In this document: positions 21,564-29,866 of the stretch, one piece after another
Layout of the letters: each line of letters opens with the position of its first letter
Position numbering within the stretch: position 1 is the stretch's first letter
NCBI GenBank assembly: GCA_035760825.1
Contig: DASTSF010000436.1
Span: forward strand, 1 to 35,325
Length of the DNA: 35,325 nucleotides
Reading direction: 5' to 3'
Origin: Bacteroidia bacterium
GTDB taxonomy: Bacteria > Bacteroidota > Bacteroidia > Palsa-965
The notes under the pieces: generated by a model
Databases searched by the model: none
The model's input: only the letters and a program-made list of their open reading frames with translations
What the model was told of the DNA's origin: nothing
Translations under genes and position numbers: made by a program

Positions 21564-23219
21564 TCACTCCACGATCATCTTCTTCTCCGCCTCGAAATTT
21601 CCGTTCACGGTCATGCGGCAGAAATAAATTCCGGCGACAAGATCCGCAAGATCTTCTTCCGCGGTTTGCTGCCCGGGCAGAAGCTGTATCGTTTTCACAC
21701 ATTTTCCCATCGCGTCGAAAATTTCGATCGTCCCGGTCTGGCCTGCGTCAAGCGAACAGGAAAATGTCGTGCGCCCGTTGTTCGGGTTCGGAAAAATACT
21801 GAAGGAAGGTCCCGGCGCGTGAATGTCTTCCTGCGCGAGAAGAATTCCCGCCTGGCAATAATCAGGGATGCCGTAACCTTTGTTATTGTCCGGCGCGGAA
21901 GCCTGGTCTCCGCTCAATCGTATCGCGTTGCGCAGCTGCATGGCAGAATAGGTTGGATTGGCCTGCCAGAGGCACGCCGCTCCGCCGGCGGAAAGCGGCG
22001 TGGCGAATGACGTTCCGCTTGCCGTCGTCACGTTTCCGCTTGTATTCACGACGTATGCGTTCAGTCCCATCGCGGAAATATCGGGCTTGATCCTTCCGTC
22101 GTAGGAAGGTCCGCGCGAGCTGAACGAAGCGAGATTTCCGCTTGCGTCAACTGCACCCACAGCGAGAATGCTGTCTGCGTCTGCGGGCGTTCCGACATAA
22201 AACCACGCTGATGTTCCCGAATTTCCCGCGCACGCAAACGTGAGCATGCCCACACGCGCCGTGAATGTCGCTGCGCGCGCAGCGATCGTGTTCTGCCCGT
22301 TCATGTCCGCGTAGGTGTGATCCTGTGACGGATCATCGAACTGCGTATAATAAAGCGACGTGGAAATAATATCTGCGCCCACGCTGTCGGCATATTCCGC
22401 ACCGGCCACCCAGTTGTCTTCTTCGATAAGGTATTCGGAATTCGCATCTTCTGTCCGCAGCAAATAATACGAAGCGCCCGGCGCCGTGCCGATCATCTGC
22501 CCGGGAAGGTTCGCAGCCATGTCGGAAAGGCACATCGTTCCGTGACCGCCGACGCCGTATACATTCTGCGTTCCCGCAACGAAATCATACGTGCCGAGGA
22601 CCTGGTTGTTCAGCCGTATGCTGTCGAATGCCGGAATAATATTCACGTTCATGAAACCGTCGTCGAGCACGGCGATGATCATTCCCGCTCCGTTGTAGCC
22701 CATATTGTGCAGGCAGTCGGCGTTGATCTGGTGAACCTGCCCGTATGAATTTCCGTAGCTGTAGGATCCCGGCGAATACGCCGGAAGCGCCGTTCTTTCC
22801 CCTGCGGTTCCTGTCCATGAAATATCATTCGGTTTTTCCGATGGCCCGGAATTCTGCATAAGCCGTTTCACCGGCGCTGTGCCGGACACAAACGGCAGAG
22901 CGGCAATGGCGGAAAGTGCGGCCGTGTCCGTTGTGGTAATGGAGATCGCATTCATCCAGCGGGAGGTGTAATTCAGTGTCACGGCTCCCGTGGCGAGCAC
23001 CTGCGCAACATAGGAAGGATTCACCGGGAGGTCGTCGTACGTCACGGGAATTCCCTGGTTCTGCCGGCGCTGGATGCTGCGGCTGGAAAGGAATGCGGAC
23101 GGAGCCGCCGTGGAAAAAGGCGTTCCGTTCTTATCGGTGAAAGTGATCCAGTATTTGCTGTACGCGAACAAATCGCCGGCGAGCATCGCCAAAATAATAA
23201 CCGCGATTAGTTTTTTCAT
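21564..23219 (-). CDS. S8 (subtilisin-family) serine peptidase with T9SS C-terminal sorting domain
   Basis: Signal peptide MKKLIAVIILAMLAGDLFA. Catalytic triad contexts IAVLDDGF (Asp), GHGTMC (His) and SGTSFATPL (Ser). Sorting domain FPNPNNGRTTFSCSLDAGQTG...GIYFCRMTVNG...KKMIVE. The start overlaps the upstream stop (ATGA). Confidence 0.9.
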   Translation of the reverse strand: MKKLIAVIILAMLAGDLFAYSKYWITFTDKNGTPFSTAAPSAFLSSRSIQRRQNQGIPVTYDDLPVNPSYVAQVLATGAVTLNYTSRWMNAISITTTDTAALSAIAALPFVSGTAPVKRLMQNSGPSEKPNDISWTGTAGERTALPAYSPGSYSYGNSYGQVHQINADCLHNMGYNGAGMIIAVLDDGFMNVNIIPAFDSIRLNNQVLGTYDFVAGTQNVYGVGGHGTMCLSDMAANLPGQMIGTAPGASYYLLRTEDANSEYLIEEDNWVAGAEYADSVGADIISTSLYYTQFDDPSQDHTYADMNGQNTIAARAATFTARVGMLTFACAGNSGTSAWFYVGTPADADSILAVGAVDASGNLASFSSRGPSYDGRIKPDISAMGLNAYVVNTSGNVTTASGTSFATPLSAGGAACLWQANPTYSAMQLRNAIRLSGDQASAPDNNKGYGIPDYCQAGILLAQEDIHAPGPSFSIFPNPNNGRTTFSCSLDAGQTGTIEIFDAMGKCVKTIQLLPGQQTAEEDLADLVAGIYFCRMTVNGNFEAEKKMIVE

Positions 23220-26200
23220 CGGGATACGGAAATTAACCGTGACGTGGTTTTTCCATCCGTTTCCACGCGCAGCAGGTAAACGCCCTGCGCCAGCCCGGAA
23301 ACATCAACAGGAATTGTGTTTTCACCTGATGCCGTTCTCTGCGAGGAAACATAAACAGCGTTGCCCGTCAGGTCGTAAATGGAAATTGCCGTGCTTCCTT
23401 CCTGTGCGGCGGAGATCACCACGTTCATCGTGCCGTTTGCGGGATTCGGATAAACATCCAGGCCGTCCTGTTCGCTTTGCGAATAGATCCCCAGTGCATT
23501 TCCGTTGAGGTTGATGTTGTCGAGGTAAAGTTCATTTCCGTACCCGCTCTTTGCGATGAAGCGGATCTCCATCGGTCCGCGGCCGGCCAGCGAATCAAGG
23601 TGGATCGTGTCGGTTCTCCATTGGTTGGACAGCGGCGCAAAAACGGTTTGTGTCATCGGGGCGGTAGCCAGGGCGGATCCGCTTCTTGCATACACACGCT
23701 CACCAATACCGGGACAATCCGAATAAAGGTCGACGATAAGCGAATCGTTATAGGCCACATCGTATTGCGCGTACGCCACGTCAAACCACAGCGTGATCGG
23801 TGCAACGGCATTGGTAAAATCCACATATTGCGTAACGATCATGTCGGTACCGGACGAGATGTAATAAAAATCCGCCATCGCCGATTGCGAAGAAAGTCCG
23901 TAGCCGCCGTATGTCGTATTCCGCGACCAGAGACCCGAAGAATTCTCCATCGTCCAGTTTGCAGGAGGGAACGTTGAGGAAACAAATCCTTCCGAAACAG
24001 GAGGCGCGGTGGTCGACGGAGGCGACGATGAAAGAATGGTAAACGTTCGCACCAGCGTATCGTTCTGCGCATTCTGGTCCGCCCCGGAATTCGGGCTGGC
24101 CGTGTACGCTTTCAGCGTGTGCGTTCCCGGGCTTAACGTATACAAAGGAAGCACGATGTTCGCAGTTCCGAGCGACGCCAGCGTTCCGTTCCAGTTGTAT
24201 TGCTGCCACGCCAGGTTGTCCATCCGGTAATGCAGCTCGACATTGAAAATAGTATCCATTCCCGCATTGCGGATACGGAGCACGGGGACAATGGAAGTAT
24301 CGCACGTAGTTGACGGCGGGGAATTCATCGCGAACACGCTTGCGTCGAGATTCACCAGGGTGGAAACCTGCAGGTCGCTTTCCCATATCCCGCGTCCGTA
24401 GGTTGCTGCACGCAGCTTGCTCGTCGGGTAATTTATTTCCAGCTGATCGACGATAACATTCGGAAGGCCGGTATTGTACGGCTGCCAGTCGTTAAGCGTG
24501 GCGTCCGTATAAAACACGCCGAGGTCGGTTCCGATGTACACAATGTCGTTGCTTCCGTTCTGGTAAACCGTGCAGTTCACGGGAATGTTCGGCAGCGTGC
24601 CGGAAACATTTCCCCAGGAAGCGCCGCCGTCGCTGGAATAAAAAACCTTGTTGCCGGGAGAAAAACCGGAAAACGTCACCCAGAGCGCATCCGGGTTGTT
24701 GTCGCTGACCGAAATCCCTGTTATTGCAGCAGAGCCAACAGGAAGCGTCCCGGTAATTGTTGTCCAGGTGTTTCCGCCGTTCGTCGTGCGATAAATATTC
24801 CCGAACGTCGCAGCATAAATGTAATTGGTGTTCGCCGGCGAAACCACCAGCGAATACACACACGAGCCGTCGAAATAACCGTTGGAAATGTTGTTCCAGG
24901 TGTTCCCGTTGTCGGTCGACTTGAGCACGTCCGATGATCCCATGTACATGATGTTGTTATCGACCGGGTCCATCACGAGCGGAGAAGTCCAGTCGCACCC
25001 GAAACTCGTAAGCGCATTGAACGTATTTCCCCCGTCTGTCGATTTCAGGAAATATCCGCCCTGCGAGGAAACGAAAACGACATTGTCGTTCGTGTAATCG
25101 ACCAGACATGTTTGCCCGTCCGCGCCATTGACCTGCGTCGCTGCTGACAATCCCGTAATACGATCCGTTCCGTTGTCCTGCGCACCGGCATACATGAGAC
25201 TCGGCGTGAGAAACGACGACGACATCCGGTAATACTGCTTGATATCGATGCCGCCGCTGAGGTCGTTCCATGTATTTCCCTGGTCGGTGGATTTGAAAAT
25301 CCCTCCGTCGTTGCAGGAAAATATCGTGTTGCTGCTCCCCGGCAAAAATTTCTGCGCGTGATTGTCTGCGTGGCAATAATTCGTGTTGGGCCAGCCCGCC
25401 CAGTCGGAAACGGTGTTCCACGTTGTTCCGCCGTCCGTGGATCGCGCAATATCCAGACCGCCCGCGAAAAGCACGTTTGCATTCGCCGGCGAAGCTTCGA
25501 TCACCATGTCGTAATAGCCGTACGGTGTACAGTTCGGCGACGGGTCGGTTTTCTGAGAAAATGAAACACCGGCATTCGAAGAATAATACAGCGTGAACAC
25601 GTTCCCGCCATTCTCGCACCATACATACACCGCGTTGTTGTTTGCCGGTGTAACTGCGATCGACGTTCTTCCGCCCGAAGTAACCCCGGAAATATAATTC
25701 CACGTCACACCGGCGTCGGTCGTGCGCAGGAAACCTGTGCTGTCGCCCGCATAGACAATGTTGTCGTTGCCCGGGTTGAATTCGATGTCGTAATATTTTC
25801 CGCTGCGGATATTATTCCACGTGACGCCCGCATCCGTCGTTTTGAAAATCCCTGCATTGGTCGCAGCGAAAAGCACGGAAGTGTTCGAGGGGTCCATGAT
25901 GAGGCGCTGGATCACAACTACGTTCGCAAGCGAATAATTCATCGTTGTCGGGTTCCAGGTATTTCCTCCGTCTGTCGATTTCAGGATGCCCGCGCTGTAA
26001 TGTCCCCATGTTTCATATTGCCAGTAAATGCCGTACTTGTCGCCGGTGGCGATGTACATGGTCTGCGTATTCGTCGGATCAATAACGATATCCGAAATGC
26101 TCAGCGAGGGAAGAAGATCTGTATTCGACGACCATGTCGCACCGCCGTCCGTTGATTTCCACAATCCTCCGCAGGCAGAGCCGATCCAGATGATGTTGGA

Positions 26201-26635
26201 ATTGTTCGGGTCGAACGTGATGCAGTTGATGCGTCCTGCGCCGCCGCCATTCCCGGGAACAACGTGCGGGCCGATGAACGACCAGCTGGCCGATGCCGAA
26301 CGTGCATTCTGGTTCGCATACTGCGTTTTGTAAACGCGGTACTGGTCGAACAGGATGCCGGGATCGGGAAAATTTCCGGAAGGATACGTGCGCTGCTCCG
26401 CAAACCATTCCCATCGTTTGAATTGCTGCCAGCCGCCGCCTTCCTCGTTTTCAGATTCGGTGTCGGATGGCGTGCGCCCGTCCCAAGCGGTTTCAAACGC
26501 TTTCTGGATATCCCAGAATGTCGCTTTTTTGTCCGCCGGACGATTATGAAGGTTGGGTTGATTGAGATAATCCTGTGCAAATGCGGTTGCAGCAAAAAGG
26601 ATCACCATGGACAGTAAAGCAGAGAACTTTTTCAA
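23216..26635 (-). CDS. BNR/Asp-box repeat (sortilin/VPS10- or GH74-like double propeller) protein with T9SS sorting domain
   Basis: 1139 aa with an apparent TTG start, giving (M)KKFSALLSMVILFAATAFAQD. At least nine Asp-boxes: STDGGATW, STDGGNTW, TTDAGVTW (twice), STDGGTTW, STDQGNTW, STDNGNTW, TTNGGNTW, SSDGGASW. Sorting domain VYPNPANGTMNVVI...GVYLLRVETDGKTTSRLISVSR. Confidence 0.85.
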   Translation of the reverse strand: MKKFSALLSMVILFAATAFAQDYLNQPNLHNRPADKKATFWDIQKAFETAWDGRTPSDTESENEEGGGWQQFKRWEWFAEQRTYPSGNFPDPGILFDQYRVYKTQYANQNARSASASWSFIGPHVVPGNGGGAGRINCITFDPNNSNIIWIGSACGGLWKSTDGGATWSSNTDLLPSLSISDIVIDPTNTQTMYIATGDKYGIYWQYETWGHYSAGILKSTDGGNTWNPTTMNYSLANVVVIQRLIMDPSNTSVLFAATNAGIFKTTDAGVTWNNIRSGKYYDIEFNPGNDNIVYAGDSTGFLRTTDAGVTWNYISGVTSGGRTSIAVTPANNNAVYVWCENGGNVFTLYYSSNAGVSFSQKTDPSPNCTPYGYYDMVIEASPANANVLFAGGLDIARSTDGGTTWNTVSDWAGWPNTNYCHADNHAQKFLPGSSNTIFSCNDGGIFKSTDQGNTWNDLSGGIDIKQYYRMSSSFLTPSLMYAGAQDNGTDRITGLSAATQVNGADGQTCLVDYTNDNVVFVSSQGGYFLKSTDGGNTFNALTSFGCDWTSPLVMDPVDNNIMYMGSSDVLKSTDNGNTWNNISNGYFDGSCVYSLVVSPANTNYIYAATFGNIYRTTNGGNTWTTITGTLPVGSAAITGISVSDNNPDALWVTFSGFSPGNKVFYSSDGGASWGNVSGTLPNIPVNCTVYQNGSNDIVYIGTDLGVFYTDATLNDWQPYNTGLPNVIVDQLEINYPTSKLRAATYGRGIWESDLQVSTLVNLDASVFAMNSPPSTTCDTSIVPVLRIRNAGMDTIFNVELHYRMDNLAWQQYNWNGTLASLGTANIVLPLYTLSPGTHTLKAYTASPNSGADQNAQNDTLVRTFTILSSSPPSTTAPPVSEGFVSSTFPPANWTMENSSGLWSRNTTYGGYGLSSQSAMADFYYISSGTDMIVTQYVDFTNAVAPITLWFDVAYAQYDVAYNDSLIVDLYSDCPGIGERVYARSGSALATAPMTQTVFAPLSNQWRTDTIHLDSLAGRGPMEIRFIAKSGYGNELYLDNINLNGNALGIYSQSEQDGLDVYPNPANGTMNVVISAAQEGSTAISIYDLTGNAVYVSSQRTASGENTIPVDVSGLAQGVYLLRVETDGKTTSRLISVSR

Positions 26636-26738
26636 GCAGCAGTTTTTTATGTGGCAATTGTTACACTAAGCTATGAATTTGGTCGCGTGAATACCAATCC
26701 GGCGGTAACCCGGCTTCCACTTAAAAGCCATTACCTTT

Positions 26739-28145
26739 ATGTTAATGCTTCGCCTCCTTCTCATTTTGGCGCTGCTCCCGGGCATTCTGCTCAAGGCGCA
26801 GGTTCCTTTTTTCGAAACGTATTTTGGGTCGCCGCGACCCGACTATGCGCGTTCGCTGAAGCAATCTGCCGACAGCAGCATTTACATCGCCGGCTATTCG
26901 ATCGATACGATTGCGGGTCATTCGGACGTTGCTCTTTCGAAACTTTCGCCCGCAGGACAGCTTGCCTGGACAAAATACTACAGCGATTCGCTCGACAATA
27001 ATTGCCTTTTCCTCCAGGATGCGGGAGACGGGAGTTTTTTTCTGTGCGGCGAAACGCAAACAGCGGCCAACGCTCTCGATGGTTTCCTCATGAAGGTCGA
27101 TACGGCCGGAAATGTCCTGTGGCGGAAATTGTACGGCGGGCCGCAGAACGAATCCATCAACCGCGTGGTTGTTCTTGCGGACGGAAAGCTGGCGATGACG
27201 GGCTTCCAGACAGACGCAGGCGGCAGCAACGGGATTTATGTGCTTGTCACCGACAGCGCCGGCAACGAGATGTGGTCGGGAAATTACGGGGGACAGAACA
27301 ACGATGCCGGTCGGGCGGTTTGTGCGCTGCCCGATTCGGGGTTTGTTGTCTTTGCGGAAACGGCAGTGCGTTCGGCGGTGAACATCGCGCTGGAAGGAAT
27401 GCGTTTCGATAAAAGCGGGATCGTTTTGTGGGACAGCATTTACGATTACGGGGATACACTGCCGGAAGGCTGCCAGGGAATGATGCTGCTGTCGAACGGA
27501 AATTTATTTGTTTACGGTGAATCGCAGCCAACCGCCACCACCTGGTTCGATTTTCTTTTCCACGAGCTCGATGTGAACGGCAATACGATCTGGTCGCGCA
27601 AAACCGGCGGTCCGCTTCCCGATGCCGCGTTTTCCATGCTCGAAACGCCGGGCGGATTTATCGGAACCGGTTACAGCCGCAGCTATTCCCCGGGACCGAA
27701 CGATATCATCGTTTTCGGAACAGACACTGTGGGAACCATTACCTGGGCGCAGCCTTACGGCGGACCCGGCATCGACATCGGCTACGAGATCATCCCGGCA
27801 GCGGCAGGAGGATATTACATTACCGCAACAGGAAATGTGAACGGAAACGACCAGTTCGGCCTGCTGCACATCGACAGCGCCGGCTCCACCGGGATCGCAG
27901 GTTCGCAACAGGACGGAGATGTCCGTTTTTTTCCAAACCCGGCCAGCGACCAGCTGACAATCACAACGGGAGCTCCCGGGAACTATACGGTGCAGGTGTT
28001 TTCCGCCGGGGGACAGGAAATTTCGTGCACACAGAAAAACGGGCCGCTGTTCGGGCTGGACGTTTCGGGACTTCCCGCAGGAATGTTCTTCGTAAAAATC
28101 TCGGGGGAAAACTTTTCACGGACGGAAAAGCTGGTGATCCGGTGA
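26739..28145 (+). CDS. T9SS-sorted protein with diverged propeller-type repeats, paralogue of 14408..15991
   Basis: Signal peptide MLMLRLLLILALLPGILLKAQ. Repeats of the same pattern: AGQLAWTKYY, AGNVLWRKLYGG, AGNEMWSGNYGG, NGNTIWSRKTGG, VGTITWAQPYGG. Sorting domain RFFPNPASDQLTI...GMFFVKISGENFSRTEKLVIR. Confidence 0.75.
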   Translation: MLMLRLLLILALLPGILLKAQVPFFETYFGSPRPDYARSLKQSADSSIYIAGYSIDTIAGHSDVALSKLSPAGQLAWTKYYSDSLDNNCLFLQDAGDGSFFLCGETQTAANALDGFLMKVDTAGNVLWRKLYGGPQNESINRVVVLADGKLAMTGFQTDAGGSNGIYVLVTDSAGNEMWSGNYGGQNNDAGRAVCALPDSGFVVFAETAVRSAVNIALEGMRFDKSGIVLWDSIYDYGDTLPEGCQGMMLLSNGNLFVYGESQPTATTWFDFLFHELDVNGNTIWSRKTGGPLPDAAFSMLETPGGFIGTGYSRSYSPGPNDIIVFGTDTVGTITWAQPYGGPGIDIGYEIIPAAAGGYYITATGNVNGNDQFGLLHIDSAGSTGIAGSQQDGDVRFFPNPASDQLTITTGAPGNYTVQVFSAGGQEISCTQKNGPLFGLDVSGLPAGMFFVKISGENFSRTEKLVIR

Positions 28146-28379
28146 TCAGCCGACAAGCGTGCCGCTGTCCCGCAGCAGTTCTGCACCTACAATATCTTCC
28201 AGGTCGATGATCATTCCTACGGAAGACGCCCTGCTGAAACGCTCCCCAAGGCTGGAAAAGTAATACGCACATCCGCCGGGATGCGCTTTTTCCCAGATCA
28301 CACCGAAAACTTCCTTCCCTGACTTAAGCTTGATCCTGCAGGGTTGGTCATTGATCGTAAGAAACTGATTGCGGGTCAT
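28146..28379 (-). CDS. Hypothetical small protein (77 aa)
   Basis: The track start at 28403 is TTG; the ATG at 28379 gives MTRNQFLTINDQPCRIKLKSGKEVFGVIWEK.... No family recognised. Its stop abuts the stop of the convergent gene (TGATCA at 28143-28148). Confidence 0.35.
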   Translation of the reverse strand: MTRNQFLTINDQPCRIKLKSGKEVFGVIWEKAHPGGCAYYFSSLGERFSRASSVGMIIDLEDIVGAELLRDSGTLVG

Positions 28380-28517
28380 GCAACAGGCTTTCTCAAATTT
28401 CAATATTATAACGCCGGAAAGCCAGAAACAGTTGCCCCAACTTATTAACAGAATCGGGGTCTTGTGAAAAGAAATTAACAGGTGTCCGCGTTTGTTAATA
28501 TTCGTGGCGGCGTCTTT

Positions 28518-29039
28518 TTATGCGCCTTTCGTTTCCGCGGACGCTTCGGCTGCAGCAAGACCTTCAAGATCACGATCGAAAAGATAAAGTCCGCCTTTTT
28601 CTCCGCCGATCAGCTTCAGTTTGTCGAGCACGCGTCGCGCAAGCGCCTCTTCCTCGATCTGTTCGGAAACATACCACTGGAGAAAATTGTGTGTCGTGTA
28701 ATCACGCTCTTTCAGGCAGTTTGCCACCAGCTTGTTGATCTCGGCGGAAACCTTCACTTCGTGCTTCAGCACTTCTTCGAACGCCTCGTGGACGGATTTG
28801 AATTTTTTCGGTGGGGCGGCAAGAGCGGGAACCACGCCGTGACCGCCGCGCTCATTAATGAAACGGATGAGCTTCAGCATGTGCATGCGCTCTTCGTCGG
28901 AATGGTGAAAAAGAAACTGCGCTACGCCGTTCATACCCTGCGTTTCGGCCCAGGAAGCCATGGCAAGATAATACTGGGACGAGTTTCCTTCGAGCGTGAC
29001 CTGCTCGTTGAGTGCTTTTTCAATTTTTGCGGATAACAT
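28518..29039 (-). CDS. ftnA: Non-haem bacterial ferritin
   Basis: 173 aa. LNEQVTLEGNSSQYYLAMASWAETQGMNGVAQFLFHHSDEERMHMLKLIRFINERGG carries the ferroxidase-centre E...ExxH context typical of Ftn. Confidence 0.9.
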   Translation of the reverse strand: MLSAKIEKALNEQVTLEGNSSQYYLAMASWAETQGMNGVAQFLFHHSDEERMHMLKLIRFINERGGHGVVPALAAPPKKFKSVHEAFEEVLKHEVKVSAEINKLVANCLKERDYTTHNFLQWYVSEQIEEEALARRVLDKLKLIGGEKGGLYLFDRDLEGLAAAEASAETKGA

Positions 29040-29260
29040 GGCTTTGTCGTTTTTGTCTTGTAAAATTAGGGAAAACCCGCTGTTTATTTTTTTATGACTT
29101 CACACCCCGCTGTTTCACAGATACATTTTATTTTCGTTTCATGAAGACGGACAGGATTGCTGGTGATCATTGTCGTTTCCGTCCGCCCGGCATTCGTTTA
29201 TTTTCACGGTATTCTTAAACCAGGACGAACCATTCATTGCTCAATCTAAACTTTATTCCC

Positions 29261-29857
29261 ATGAAAAAAACTATTCTCCGCAACACGCTCGCCATCGCTT
29301 CCGCCGCTTTTCTTTTCGCGTCCTGCGCATCTGATCACGGACTGACGATTGAAAAGCGCCACTACCGAAACGGCTATTATGTTTCAACCGGCAAATCGCA
29401 TGATGTGGCTTCTTCCTCGTCCGTCCGCATTGCTCCTGCTGCAACAGCCCCGGTGAACAATGAAACGGTTCTGTCTTCCGGAAATGCGCAAACGGCTTCC
29501 GTTACAGATCAAAAAACAACGCCAACCATTGCACAGAAAAAAACGCCCGCTGCTGCATCCCGCCCCGGCCGTTCTTCCGTAATACTCCCGGCTATTTTTC
29601 CGCACGCTGTGCACAAAGCACAGAAAATGAATTCCGCGAAAAAGCCGGCATCTGCTTTTCCGTCTTCGGAAAAAACGGGGCACACGGACGACAACACGTT
29701 GCTGCTGATCATCCTCTGTTTCCTGTTGCCCTGGCTGGCTGTGCTGCTGAAAGAGGGCGGGCCGACAACTTATTTCTGGATATCGCTGCTGTTGTGGCTT
29801 TGTTTCTGGATCCCGGGCGTCATCTTCGCGCTGCTCGTGGTGCTTGATGTGATCTGA
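29261..29857 (+). CDS. YqaE/Pmp3 (UPF0057) proteolipid domain protein with a long N-terminal lipoprotein-like extension
   Basis: The internal ATG at 29261 gives MKKTILRNTLAIASAAFLFASC, a signal peptide with a lipobox. About 130 aa of A/S/T/P-rich sequence follows. The C-terminal two-TM block LLLIILCFLLPWLAVLLKEGGPTTYFWISLLLWLCFWIPGVIFALLVV is Pmp3-like. Confidence 0.65.
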   Translation: MKKTILRNTLAIASAAFLFASCASDHGLTIEKRHYRNGYYVSTGKSHDVASSSSVRIAPAATAPVNNETVLSSGNAQTASVTDQKTTPTIAQKKTPAAASRPGRSSVILPAIFPHAVHKAQKMNSAKKPASAFPSSEKTGHTDDNTLLLIILCFLLPWLAVLLKEGGPTTYFWISLLLWLCFWIPGVIFALLVVLDVI

Positions 29858-29866
29858 CGGGGGATT

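Noticed and set aside
24957-25703. A 248-aa minus-strand ORF inside the BNR gene, along with several other 60-200-aa ORFs in 23.4-26.6 kb
   Set aside because: They are alternate frames or antisense of the 1139-aa Asp-box protein, whose frame is validated by at least nine regularly spaced S/TxDxGxTW boxes.
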